A stretch of 64,000 nt of DNA. Origin: Sporichthyaceae bacterium (lineage in GTDB: Bacteria; Actinomycetota; Actinomycetes; JACCUZ01). Both the position numbers and the translations under genes were made by a program. The stretch's first letter is position 1. Each line of letters starts with the position of its first letter. The notes under the pieces are model-generated. The model did not search any database. It had not been told where the DNA came from and saw nothing but the letters and a program-made list of their open reading frames with translations. Positions 25,558 to 34,753 of the stretch are shown in pieces. The stretch covers positions 16,489 through 80,488 of the forward strand of contig JANLYQ010000072.1 in NCBI GenBank assembly GCA_031365725.1, written 5' to 3'.

Positions 25558-26294
25558 GCGATCTCCCGGGCCCGCGTGAGGTCGTCGTGGTTGTCGACCT
25601 CGACCCAGGGCAGATCCCCGATCGGTGCGGCGCCGATCTCGCCGCCGGTGTCGACCAGGGTCTGGTAGCCGTCCTCGTAGTAGAGGTCGGGGTCCCGGCG
25701 CCAGGTGGCTTCGAGCGCGGTGGTCAACGCATCAGCGGCGTGCGCCTCGATGAGGGTCGCGCCGATGTACTCCCCGCTCGCCTCGGCCGGGTCCATCAGC
25801 TTGGTGATGCGGCGCATCCGGCCGTGCTCGTCGAGGACGACCTTCATCTCCTCCTCGGCCAGCGACTTTCGGTCGTCGAGGGCGAGCAGGATGCCGGGCG
25901 AGCCCGGCTGCTCACGGGCGGCCAGCAGGACACGCTCGACGTCGACGGGGTGCACGGTGTCGCCGTTGACGAGCAGCGCGCCCTGAGCGAGGTGGTCACG
26001 GGCCAGCCAGAGGCTGTAGCAGTTGTTCCACTCCTCGGCCTTGTCGTTGTGCACGAGGGTGAGACGCACGCCGTAGCGCTCCTCGAGCTGGGCCCGCCGC
26101 TGATCGACCGCCTCGGCCCTGTAGCCCACGACGACCGTGACGTCGGTCAGCTCGACGGCCGCGAGGTTGCGCAGCGCGATGTCGAGGATCGTCGTCTCAC
26201 CGTCGACCGGCACCAGGGCTTTGGGCAGCGTGTCGGTGTAGGGCCGCAGTCGTCGCCCGGCCCCTGCTGCCAGCACCAGGCCGATCATCGGCAC
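25545..26294 (-). CDS. NTP-transferase domain protein, IPCT-like cytidylyltransferase (CTP:polyol-phosphate cytidylyltransferase family)
   Basis: GLVLAAGAGRRLRPYT..PKALVPV (G-x-G-x-R-L loop), EEWNNCYSLWLARDHL and WVEVDNHDDLTRAREI resemble the IPCT half of archaeal/Thermotoga IPCT-DIPPS. First gene of the minus-strand operon. Confidence 0.7.
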   Translation of the reverse strand: MPMIGLVLAAGAGRRLRPYTDTLPKALVPVDGETTILDIALRNLAAVELTDVTVVVGYRAEAVDQRRAQLEERYGVRLTLVHNDKAEEWNNCYSLWLARDHLAQGALLVNGDTVHPVDVERVLLAAREQPGSPGILLALDDRKSLAEEEMKVVLDEHGRMRRITKLMDPAEASGEYIGATLIEAHAADALTTALEATWRRDPDLYYEDGYQTLVDTGGEIGAAPIGDLPWVEVDNHDDLTRAREIACHY

Positions 26295-26470
26295 GCCTTG
26301 CTGCTCACGTCGCTGTTGCTCCTCGCACGCACCGGTCAGGACCCCCGGACGCTATCGCCCTCGCCGCGCTCCACGCCGCGGGCACCGCCGGACCGATGTA
26401 TCAGCCGGCGATGCGGCGCCTCTGGTAGCGGACGGGCGCGCAGCCCGGCGACCGCCGAAGGGGGACGACG

Positions 26471-28126
26471 ATGACGACCAGGGTGAGCACGTCCGGACAA
26501 CCGACAGGGCCGAGCCGGCGCAGCCTGCTGCGCGCCGGGGCTGGGGGCCTGGGCGCGGTCGCCCTGACGGGGATCGGTGCCTCAGCGGCCGCACCCGCCA
26601 CGGCCGCTGCCTCGAGCGGCTGCCCGATGGGCGGGGCCGGTCACGGCGGCCCGTCAACGACCTTCGGGCGGATGTTCCCGGAGCTGCCGCCCTTCGCCAC
26701 GGACAGCCCGGCGCTACGCGAGGCTCTTCTCGCCATCGGGGCCTCCGGCGGCATGCTCGACGCCGGCGATGACCTGTTCGGTCCCAACGGCGGGCCGGTG
26801 AAGCTCATCACCGACCCTGACCTGAGCCTGGTCAACCGCAACAACCCCCACGACACCGCGGGCATGACCTTCATCGGCCAGTTCATCGACCACGACCTGA
26901 CTTTCGACGCCACGTCCCGCCTCGGCGTGGCGACCGATCCGACCACCTCACCGAACGGGCGCACGCCACGGTTCGACCTTGACTCCGTCTACGGCGCCGG
27001 CCCCGTCATGTCGCCCGAGCTGTACGCCGACAACGACCCGATCAAGCTCCGGGTGGAGTCGGGTGGTGCGTTCGAGGACCTGCCGCGACGACCCGACGGG
27101 TCGGCGGTGATCGGCGACATCCGCAACGACAGCAACCTTCTGGTGTCGGGACTGCACGCGGCATTCCTGGAGTTCCACAACCACGCGGTCGACGAGGTGC
27201 GCGTCGCCGGCGCGGACCCGATGGACACCTTCGACACCGCTCGGCGGGAGACGAGGTGGCACTACCAGTGGCTGGTGGTGAACCGCGTGCTGTCGAACTT
27301 CGTCGGGACGCCGATGGTCGATGCGGTGCTGGCGCGGGCTGCGCGACGCGGCTCCGCCAGGAGCCGGGGCGCGGCGATCCCGGTCGAGTTCTCGGGTGCC
27401 GCCTACCGGTTCGGCCACAGCATGGTGCGGCCGTCGTACCGGGCGAACCTGGCCGGCGACAACGGATCGCCGTTCTTCGGCCTCATCTTCGACTCGCGCG
27501 TGACCGTGCCGGACGGGCAGCACCCGGCCACCGATCCGGGCGACCTCCGCGGCGGTTTCCGGGCGGCGCGTCGGTTCGTCGGCTGGCAGACGTTCTTCGA
27601 CTTCGGTGGCACGTTCAGCGCGGCAACCCGTCCCAACAAGACCATCGACACGGTGCTCTCGACACCCCTGTTCACCTTGCCCACGAGTGCCATCGCCCAC
27701 GTGCCGGGTTCGCCGGGCCCGCTCGCCCTGCCGCAGCGGACTCTGCTGCGGCACCTCACCTGGTCACTGCCCTCGGGTCAGGCAGTGGCCCGTCAGCTCG
27801 ATGCACCCGTGCTGCACCGGGCCGATCTCGCGGACCTCGCGGCGTTCGGTCCGGTGGCCGGCCGCGGCGTCGGGCTCGACCGGTCGACCCCGCTGTGGTT
27901 CTACGTGCTGCGCGAGGCCGACCTCGCGACCGGTGGCCAGTTCCTCGGTCCGGTGGGCGGCCGCATCGTGGCCGAGACGATGCTGAGCCTGCTGCTCGCC
28001 GACCCGGCAAGCTATCTCTGCGCGCAGCCGGGCTGGCAGCCGCACCTGGGCGGTACTGGCTCGACGTATGAGATCGCCGACTTCCTGCGCTGGGCCGGGG
28101 TCGACCCGACTAGCCGCGGCCAGTGA
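26471..28126 (+). CDS. Tat-secreted animal-heme-peroxidase family protein (peroxidasin/cyclooxygenase-like bacterial peroxidase)
   Basis: Twin-arginine signal SRRSLLRAGAGGLGAVAL; An_peroxidase motif FIGQFIDHDLTF and distal/proximal His regions. GAAGGGGGA SD upstream of ATG 26471. Confidence 0.8.
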   Translation: MTTRVSTSGQPTGPSRRSLLRAGAGGLGAVALTGIGASAAAPATAAASSGCPMGGAGHGGPSTTFGRMFPELPPFATDSPALREALLAIGASGGMLDAGDDLFGPNGGPVKLITDPDLSLVNRNNPHDTAGMTFIGQFIDHDLTFDATSRLGVATDPTTSPNGRTPRFDLDSVYGAGPVMSPELYADNDPIKLRVESGGAFEDLPRRPDGSAVIGDIRNDSNLLVSGLHAAFLEFHNHAVDEVRVAGADPMDTFDTARRETRWHYQWLVVNRVLSNFVGTPMVDAVLARAARRGSARSRGAAIPVEFSGAAYRFGHSMVRPSYRANLAGDNGSPFFGLIFDSRVTVPDGQHPATDPGDLRGGFRAARRFVGWQTFFDFGGTFSAATRPNKTIDTVLSTPLFTLPTSAIAHVPGSPGPLALPQRTLLRHLTWSLPSGQAVARQLDAPVLHRADLADLAAFGPVAGRGVGLDRSTPLWFYVLREADLATGGQFLGPVGGRIVAETMLSLLLADPASYLCAQPGWQPHLGGTGSTYEIADFLRWAGVDPTSRGQ

Positions 28127-29147
28127 TCGCGCTCGGGGCCCGGCGCAGATCGCGGGGGCTGGTGAGGAAGCCGATGCCCCAGGCGCCGTGCATGGTGGCG
28201 AGCACGACCGGCAGCCAGGCGCGCGCCTTCGGTGGCAGGTCGCGTCCGACGACGACCGAGCCGACCGCGACACCCGCGGCATAGCCCAGGGGGGCGACCA
28301 GCGCGGGTCGCCAGCCGGCCAGGCCGAGAGCAGTACCGGCGGCAACGCCGACCACGGCGGCGGGCGGCGCGAGGTAGCGCAGGTTCGCGGTCCCGGCGTG
28401 CTCGCGCATGACGACCCGACGCCAGCGGCCGTAGTCGCGGTACTGCTTGGCCAGCGCACGCACCGTGGACCGCGGCCGGTAGGACACGGTGAGGCGCGGG
28501 GTGAACCACACGAGACCACCGCTCTCGCGGATGCGGTGGTTCAGCTCCCAGTCCTGCGCGCGCAGGAAAGTCTCGTCGTAGCCACCGAGACGGGCGAGGG
28601 TCTCGCGCCGGAAGACCCCGAGGTAGACGGTCGGCGCCGGACCCTCCTCGCCACCGACGTGAAAGCTGGCCTGCCCGACGCCGATCGGGCTGGTCATCGC
28701 CGCGGCCACCGCTCGCTGGAAGTCGGTCACTCCCTCGGCTGCCATGGTGCCGCCGACGTTGTCCGCACCCGTGCGCTGCAAGGTCGCGACCGCGATCCGC
28801 ACGTAGTCACGGGGCACCAGCGCATGACCGTCGAGGCGTACGACGATGTCGTGCTGCGCCAGCGCCACCGCGAGGTTGAGCCCGGCGCCGGTGGCGCCGG
28901 TCGGATTGGTGACCAGCCGGACGCGGTCGTCAGCCGCGGCGAGCTCGTGGGCGATCTCGTCGGTGCGGTCGGTCGAAGGACCCAGCGCGAGGACGACCTC
29001 GAGGGGACCGGGATAGTCCTGGCCCAGCACCGTGCCGACCGCCGAGCGCAGGTGCGCCTCCTCGTCGAGCACCGGCACGACGACCGACACGCCGGGCCAG
29101 GCGCGGGCTGGGTCGCCGGGGGCGTTCGCATCCAGGGGCGTGGTCAT
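28110..29147 (-). CDS. glycosyltransferase family 2
   Basis: VSVVVPVLDEEAHL, VVLALGPSTDRTDEIA, RLDGHALV. ATG at 29145-29147 (MTTPLDANAPG...) preferred over the track start at 29375, whose extra 76 aa are Arg/Ala-rich. Confidence 0.75.
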   Translation of the reverse strand: MTTPLDANAPGDPARAWPGVSVVVPVLDEEAHLRSAVGTVLGQDYPGPLEVVLALGPSTDRTDEIAHELAAADDRVRLVTNPTGATGAGLNLAVALAQHDIVVRLDGHALVPRDYVRIAVATLQRTGADNVGGTMAAEGVTDFQRAVAAAMTSPIGVGQASFHVGGEEGPAPTVYLGVFRRETLARLGGYDETFLRAQDWELNHRIRESGGLVWFTPRLTVSYRPRSTVRALAKQYRDYGRWRRVVMREHAGTANLRYLAPPAAVVGVAAGTALGLAGWRPALVAPLGYAAGVAVGSVVVGRDLPPKARAWLPVVLATMHGAWGIGFLTSPRDLRRAPSAITGRG

Positions 29148-29188
29148 GGCGAGGTCACGGTATCGACGCGGCTCGGCGCTCGCCCGGC

Positions 29189-30853
29189 GTGCCTCCCCGG
29201 CCGGTCGCGCGCGCCGACCTAGCATCGCTCGCGTCGGTGTCCCAGACGTCCCGCTCTGCCCCACCCGCGTCGGAAGGTCTGCGCTTGTCCTCGCCCACGC
29301 TGCCTGCGCAGCTGAACCCGCGCGGACCCGACGCCGCTCCCCGGGCCCCCAGGACCGGTCGGCGCCCACCGACACGCCTGAGCCGCATCGCCCGCCAGCT
29401 GCTGACCGCGGTCGCTCTGGTCGCGGCCGCTGCCGTGGTGGTGGCGTCGGTGTCGGGCTACGGCCTGCTCACCTGGTCCAGCCGCTCGATCCAGCGGGTC
29501 GACGCGTTCGCCGGGCTGACGCACCGCCCGGCGCCTTCGGCGGCCGGCTCCACGACGTACCTCCTGGTGGGTTCGGACGGGCGCACCGGCATGACCACGG
29601 CAGACATGAAACGCCTGCATGTCGGCACCGAGGCGACCGCCGGTGGTCGTCGGGCCGACACGATGCTGCTCGTGCACGTGTCGGCGCGGCACGGCACGGT
29701 CGATGCGGTGAGCCTGCCGAGGGACTCCTACGTCACGATCCCGGCGCATACCGGTGTCAACGGTGCGCAGGTGCCCGAGCGTCGCAACAAGCTCAACGCG
29801 GCCTACGCGTTCGGCGGCCCATCGCTGACGGTGGCCACCGTCGAGCGCACCACGGGCGTGCGGGTCGACCACTACCTCGAGGTCGACTTCCTCGGCTTCG
29901 TCCGACTGGTCGACTCGGTCGGCGGGGTCGATGTCTGCAGTCCCACACCGATGCGGGACCGCAAGGCCGGGCTGCGACTGCCCGCCGGCGTCACTCATGT
30001 CAACGGCGAGACGGGCCTGTCCTACGTGCGGGCGCGACACCTCGATGGACGTGCCGACCTGGGAAGAGTCGAGCGCCAGCAACGGTTCTTGGCCGCGATG
30101 GTGAGTCGCGCGACCAGCACGGACGTGCTGCTCGACCCGCGCGCGCTGGTGCGCTTCCTCAACGCGGCGCTCGCGTCCGTGCGCGCCGACCCGGGTCTGA
30201 CCGAGAGCGAGCTCGTGCGGTTGGGCACCCGGCTGCGTCACGTGTCCGGCGGTGACGTGCGCTTCCGGACAGTGCCGGTGGCCAACCCGTCGATGACGGT
30301 CGCCGGCGAGGGTTCGGTGGCGCTGTGGGACACCCCGGCCGCCGACGCCGTCTTCGCGTCGATGCGCGAGGACAGCGCTCGCGCCACGACGACTGCTGCT
30401 GCGGCGCACTCGCGGCCCACGGTGCCGCCGGCGCAGATCCGGCTGCAGGTCTTCAACGGCACCGCCCACCCCGGCCTGGGCTCCATCGCGTCGGCCGACC
30501 TCGCCGCGCGCGGCTTCGAGACCACCGGGCCCGCGCAGAACTGGCGCAGCACCGACACCACGCAGACGATCATCCGCTTCGACACCCGGTGGACCGAGAG
30601 CATCAAGACGGTCGCCGCCTCGTTGCCCGGGTCGCGACTCGTGGCCGTCGCCGGACTGGGGCCGACCATGCAGGTGGTCATCGGATCGTCGTACGCCGGT
30701 GCGAAGGCGGTCACGGTGTCAGCTCCCGAGCTGGCCGGTGACGGCTCGGCCGGAGTGACCGCCTCGGCGGCCGGCGGATCCGGAGCCGCGACTCGTTCGG
30801 CTGGCGGCGCGACTGCCGGCGTCCGCACTGCCGGCGACCACGTCTGCAGCTGA
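29189..30853 (+). CDS. LCP family protein (second paralogue)
   Basis: TM LLTAVALVAAAAVVVASV; LCP core YLLVGSDGRTG...RADTMLLVHV...AVSLPRDSYVTIP...KLNAAYAFGG; LytR_C-like C-terminus (IRLQVFNGTAHPGLGSIASADLAARGF). Exact start uncertain. Confidence 0.8.
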   Translation: MPPRPVARADLASLASVSQTSRSAPPASEGLRLSSPTLPAQLNPRGPDAAPRAPRTGRRPPTRLSRIARQLLTAVALVAAAAVVVASVSGYGLLTWSSRSIQRVDAFAGLTHRPAPSAAGSTTYLLVGSDGRTGMTTADMKRLHVGTEATAGGRRADTMLLVHVSARHGTVDAVSLPRDSYVTIPAHTGVNGAQVPERRNKLNAAYAFGGPSLTVATVERTTGVRVDHYLEVDFLGFVRLVDSVGGVDVCSPTPMRDRKAGLRLPAGVTHVNGETGLSYVRARHLDGRADLGRVERQQRFLAAMVSRATSTDVLLDPRALVRFLNAALASVRADPGLTESELVRLGTRLRHVSGGDVRFRTVPVANPSMTVAGEGSVALWDTPAADAVFASMREDSARATTTAAAAHSRPTVPPAQIRLQVFNGTAHPGLGSIASADLAARGFETTGPAQNWRSTDTTQTIIRFDTRWTESIKTVAASLPGSRLVAVAGLGPTMQVVIGSSYAGAKAVTVSAPELAGDGSAGVTASAAGGSGAATRSAGGATAGVRTAGDHVCS

Positions 30854-30870
30854 GGTCGCCGGTCGGGGGC

Positions 30871-30906
30871 CGCGTGCGCGCGCCCGCGCGTACGTCGGTT
30901 TTCTCA
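30871..30906 (+). terminator. candidate intrinsic terminator downstream of the second LCP gene
   Basis: GC-rich imperfect hairpin cgcgtgcgcgcgcccgcgcgtacg followed by TCGGTTTTCTC, a rare T-run in this GC-rich sequence. Confidence 0.35.
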
Positions 30907-30951
30907 TGATCGGAGTGATCTGGCCCACAGGGTCGGCGCTGGGCTGCTCCG

Positions 30952-32220
30952 ATGAGGCGAGATCGGCCATCGAAGGGCGGGTACGGTCGTTCGATGAGCG
31001 GATCCGGCAGGTGGCCCGAGGGCTGGACCCGTGATCACCCTGCTGGCCAGCCGGCCCTGCCAGCCGCAGCGCCCAGACCGCCGCAGCCGCTGGACGAGAC
31101 CCAGGTCCTCCCGCCGCACCTGAGCCCCCGTGGGCCTGCCGGTCGCCGCCAGCCGGGTGCCGTGCCGCCCGCCCGGCCGCCGCGCACCCAGTGGTCCGCA
31201 TCCCAGCCGGCCGCATCCCAGCCGTCCGCGCCCCAGTCGTCCGCGCCCCAGTCGTCCGCATCCCAGTCGCCGCACCAGCGACGTCCCGGCCGAGCGCGCC
31301 GCTGGGCCTTCGGCATCCTCGCCACCCTGCTGCTCGTGGTGGTCGTCGTGGTCGGCACGCTGACCTACTTCGTGTCCCGCATCGCGAAGGTCGACGCCGT
31401 GCGCGACTACGCCGGCCGACCCGCGGCAGGCGCCGGCACCAACTGGCTGGTCGTCGGCTCGGACAGTCGCGAGGGCCTCACCGACCAGCAGGTCAAGACC
31501 CTGCACCTCGGTCGCGTCGCCGGTCGGCGTACGGACACGATCATCCTGCTGCACCGCCCCAGCAGCGGAGCACCGACGTTGGTGAGCCTGCCGCGCGACT
31601 CCTACGTCGCGATCCCCGGGCACGGGCGCGACAAGCTCAACGCGGCTTACGCCTTCGGTGGCGCGCCCCTGCTGGTGCAGACCGTCGAGCAGGCGACCGG
31701 GCTGCGCATCGAGCACTACACCGAGATCGGCTTCGGCGGTTTCGTCGGCACCACCGATGCGGTCGGCGGAGTGCAGCTGTGTCCGCGCCGGCGCATCGAC
31801 GACCACAAGAGCGGCCTGCACGTGGCCAAGGGCTGCCAGCAGATGGACGGTGGCACCGCTCTGGCCTACGTGCGGGCGCGCTACTTCGACCCGCAGGGCG
31901 ACCTCGGTCGCGTCAAGCGGCAACAAGAGTTCCTCGGCGCCGTCTTTGCCAAGGCGACGAGTCCTACGACGCTGGTCAACCCGTTCCGGATCATCTCCCT
32001 CGGCGACGCAGCCACCACGGCGATGACCGTGGACAACAACGACGGAGTCGTCGCGTTGGTTCGCTTCGCCCTGACCATGCGGGGCGTGGCCGGCGGCAGC
32101 GGTCGTCGTACGACGGTGCCGGTCGCGAACATCAACTACCGCACCCCAACCGGTGCGTCAGCGGTGCGGTGGGAACGGACCAAGGCACTCGCCCTCTTCC
32201 AGGGGTTGCGCGCGCGCTGA
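30952..32220 (+). CDS. LCP family protein (third paralogue) with repeat-encoded Ser/Gln/Pro-rich cytoplasmic N-terminus
   Basis: TM WAFGILATLLLVVVVVVGTL; LCP core NWLVVGSDSREG...RTDTIILLHR...LVSLPRDSYVAIP...KLNAAYAFGG. N-terminal SQPAASQPSAPQSSAPQSSASQSP encoded by a 15-nt tandem repeat. Confidence 0.8.
   Translation: MRRDRPSKGGYGRSMSGSGRWPEGWTRDHPAGQPALPAAAPRPPQPLDETQVLPPHLSPRGPAGRRQPGAVPPARPPRTQWSASQPAASQPSAPQSSAPQSSASQSPHQRRPGRARRWAFGILATLLLVVVVVVGTLTYFVSRIAKVDAVRDYAGRPAAGAGTNWLVVGSDSREGLTDQQVKTLHLGRVAGRRTDTIILLHRPSSGAPTLVSLPRDSYVAIPGHGRDKLNAAYAFGGAPLLVQTVEQATGLRIEHYTEIGFGGFVGTTDAVGGVQLCPRRRIDDHKSGLHVAKGCQQMDGGTALAYVRARYFDPQGDLGRVKRQQEFLGAVFAKATSPTTLVNPFRIISLGDAATTAMTVDNNDGVVALVRFALTMRGVAGGSGRRTTVPVANINYRTPTGASAVRWERTKALALFQGLRAR
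31186..31270. repeat. 15-nt tandem repeat, ~5.7 copies (unit CCCAGYCGKCCGCRY), inside the LCP-3 N-terminal coding region
   Basis: cccagtggtccgcat / cccagccggccgcat / cccagccgtccgcgc / cccagtcgtccgcgc / cccagtcgtccgcat / cccagtcgcc read directly. Confidence 0.75.
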
Positions 32221-32241
32221 GGCTGCAGTGGGATTGTCGGC

Positions 32242-33033
32242 ATGAGCATCCGTAGCACTCCCTGGCCCGCCGGCGTCCCCTCCTGGACCGACCTGATGGC
32301 TCCCGATGTGCCCGCCGCCTGCGCGTTCTACGGCGCCGTGCTGGGTTGGACGTTCACCGAACCCGATGAGCAGTACGGCGGCTACGTCGTCGCCTCCTAC
32401 GACGGCTCGGCGGCCGCCGGGATCGGCCCGGTCATGCCGGGGGCTCGCGCTGACTGGACCCTCTACTTCGCCAGCGACGACGCGGACGCGACAGCGCAGG
32501 CAGTTCGGGACAACGGCGGCATGCTCCACCGCGAGCCCGCCGACGTCGGACCGCTCGGGCGCATGGTCATCGCTGCGGACCCGGCCGGGGCGACGTTCGG
32601 GGTGTGGCAGGCCGGCACCCACCTCGGCGCCGAGGTCGTCAACCAGGCCGGCGGTCTGGTCTGGGAGGACCTCCGCTCGACAAACCCCGACGCGGCACGG
32701 GCCTTCTATTCCGCGGTCTTCGGCTTCCGCAACGACGCCATGCCGATGGCCGGCCCCGCCTACCAGACGTTCTCGTTGCCGGACGAGGAAGCACCGATGG
32801 GTGGCATGGGCGACATGATGGGCGCCGACGACAAGCCGTCGCACTGGCTGGTCTACTTCGGCGTCGCCGACATCAACGCTGCGGTGACTGCGGCGACCGA
32901 ACACGGTGGCACGGTCGCCACGGCGCCTTTCGAGACACCGTTCGGGCAGATGGCGGGTGTCACCGACCCGGGCGGTGCGCTGTTCTGGACCGTGGAGATG
33001 GGCGCTGCCGACCTGCCGGACCGTAGCAGCTGA
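32242..33033 (+). CDS. VOC family protein (tandem glyoxalase/bleomycin-resistance/dioxygenase domains)
   Basis: Two ~120-aa halves each with VOC-like beta-alpha-beta-beta-beta pattern (AFYGAVLGWTF...; AFYSAVFGFR...). Confidence 0.75.
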   Translation: MSIRSTPWPAGVPSWTDLMAPDVPAACAFYGAVLGWTFTEPDEQYGGYVVASYDGSAAAGIGPVMPGARADWTLYFASDDADATAQAVRDNGGMLHREPADVGPLGRMVIAADPAGATFGVWQAGTHLGAEVVNQAGGLVWEDLRSTNPDAARAFYSAVFGFRNDAMPMAGPAYQTFSLPDEEAPMGGMGDMMGADDKPSHWLVYFGVADINAAVTAATEHGGTVATAPFETPFGQMAGVTDPGGALFWTVEMGAADLPDRSS

Positions 33034-33041
33034 GAGACGAC

Positions 33042-33836
33042 TCAGCCGGGCAACCAGCTGACCTTGCCGGCGAGCAGGGCATAGCCCACGAACGCCACCA
33101 CATCGATCAACGTGTGCGCCACCACCAGCGGGGCAACCCGACCCCACCGCTGGTAGAGCCGACCGAACACCAGCCCCATCACCACGTTGCCCGCGAAGCC
33201 ACCGAAGCCCTGGTAGAGGTGATAGCTGCCGCGCAGCAGTGCACTCGCGGCCAACGCACGGTTGTCCGACCAGCCGAGCTGGCGCAGCCGGTGCAGCAGA
33301 TAGCCCGCGACCAGCACCTCCTCCAACAGCCCGTTCTGCGCCGCTGAGAGCACGAGCACCGGGATGCGCCACCACACGTCGGGCAGGTTCTCCGCGACCA
33401 CCGTGAGGTTGGCACCGGCTGCGTGCGCCACGAGGTACAGCGCAAGGCCGCTGCCGCCGATGAGCGCAGCCAGAGCCACACCCCGTACGCCGTCCCACCG
33501 TGGCCGCGTCAGGTCGAGACCCAGGACGCGCAGGCTCTCACCCGACCGGGTCAGCAGATGCGCCCCCAGCAGCACCGGCACCACCCCGAAGCCGATCGAC
33601 ACCAGCTGCAGCGTCAGGTCCAGCCACGGCCGTCCCGGCGCCTGCGAACCGTTGAGGACCGCTGTCTGGGTGTGCAGCGGTGCGCCGTTGGTGAGGTCGT
33701 CCAGCAGGCGCAGGAACGCGCGGACCCCGGAGGCGCCCAGGGACAGCGCGAAGACGAGGAGAACCTCCTGACCCAGCCACCGACGGGGTACGACGTCGAG
33801 CCCGGTGCTCTCGTCGGCGCGTCGCTGGGTGCTCAC
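33042..33836 (-). CDS. CPBP family intramembrane glutamic endopeptidase (CAAX protease/Abi family)
   Basis: Motif 1 EEVLVAGYLLHRL (EExxxR), motif 2 SALLRGSYH (FxxxH), motif 3 HTLIDVVAF (HxxxD/N); polytopic. Confidence 0.75.
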   Translation of the reverse strand: MSTQRRADESTGLDVVPRRWLGQEVLLVFALSLGASGVRAFLRLLDDLTNGAPLHTQTAVLNGSQAPGRPWLDLTLQLVSIGFGVVPVLLGAHLLTRSGESLRVLGLDLTRPRWDGVRGVALAALIGGSGLALYLVAHAAGANLTVVAENLPDVWWRIPVLVLSAAQNGLLEEVLVAGYLLHRLRQLGWSDNRALAASALLRGSYHLYQGFGGFAGNVVMGLVFGRLYQRWGRVAPLVVAHTLIDVVAFVGYALLAGKVSWLPG

Positions 33837-33875
33837 GCCGCGACAACGTAGTGGTGCGCCGGGCCGTTCCGCGCG

Positions 33876-34721
33876 TCAGGCACCCGGCGACAGCCGCAGC
33901 GGCAGCGGTGGCACCACCACGATCGGGCAGTCGCAGAGCAACGCGAGCTGACCACTCGTGGAGCCGGCGAGCAGCCGCGACACTGCGTGGTGGCCGTGCG
34001 AACCGAGCACCAGCAGCTCGGCTCCGACCGCGTCGGCGCTCAAGGCGTCCAGCGGTGCGCCGCGCTCCACCCGCAGCCGCATCAGTGGCCGCTGCGCGGT
34101 GTCGAGGGTGTCCTCCACCCACCGGCGAAGGCGGAGGGCAGCCGTCGCATCGTGCCGGTCGTGGGCGTGGCGCCCGACGTCGGCCGCGTCGGCCGCGGTG
34201 GGCTGCCAGGCCTGGGTGACCGCAAGCTCCCGGTCCTGGGCGACCGCCTCGGCGCAGGCCCAGCGCAGGGCGGCTGCCGACCCGTCCGAGAGGTCCACGC
34301 CCACGACGACGGGACCACCCGACGGTGGACTGCCCGGCCCCTCCTCGGGCACGACCACCACCGGACTGGTGCCCTGCCGCCGGAGCTGGACCAGCACTGC
34401 TGGCCGCCGGTCCCAGAAGTGGTGCCGGCCACCACCGACCACGAGCAGCGCGTCGTCGTGGCCGAGGTCGAGCAGCACCTGCGCGGGTTCGCCTTGGCGC
34501 CCGAGCACGCGCACCCGGGGCAGGACCACGCTGTCCACGTCGAGGTCGGCAGCAAGTGCGGCGACCGTGTCGGGGTCGAGCACGGCGTCGACCGACACCG
34601 GGTCGGCCCAGGCATGCACGAGGCTGACAGGTTCCCCCGAGCGTGCCGCCCGCGCCAACGCCCACCGGAGCGCCGCGCGCGAGTGCACGCCGCCGGCGGC
34701 TCCCACGACGATCTCGGTCAC
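33876..34721 (-). CDS. universal stress protein, tandem UspA domains
   Basis: Two USP halves (MTEIVVGAAGG..., GPVVVGVDLSDGS...), C-terminal ATP-binding G-x2-G-x9-G-S-like LVLGSHGHHAVSRLLAGSTS. Confidence 0.8.
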   Translation of the reverse strand: MTEIVVGAAGGVHSRAALRWALARAARSGEPVSLVHAWADPVSVDAVLDPDTVAALAADLDVDSVVLPRVRVLGRQGEPAQVLLDLGHDDALLVVGGGRHHFWDRRPAVLVQLRRQGTSPVVVVPEEGPGSPPSGGPVVVGVDLSDGSAAALRWACAEAVAQDRELAVTQAWQPTAADAADVGRHAHDRHDATAALRLRRWVEDTLDTAQRPLMRLRVERGAPLDALSADAVGAELLVLGSHGHHAVSRLLAGSTSGQLALLCDCPIVVVPPLPLRLSPGA

Positions 34722-34753
34722 TCTCGCTCCTCAGCTGGCCCCCGCACCTGGTT

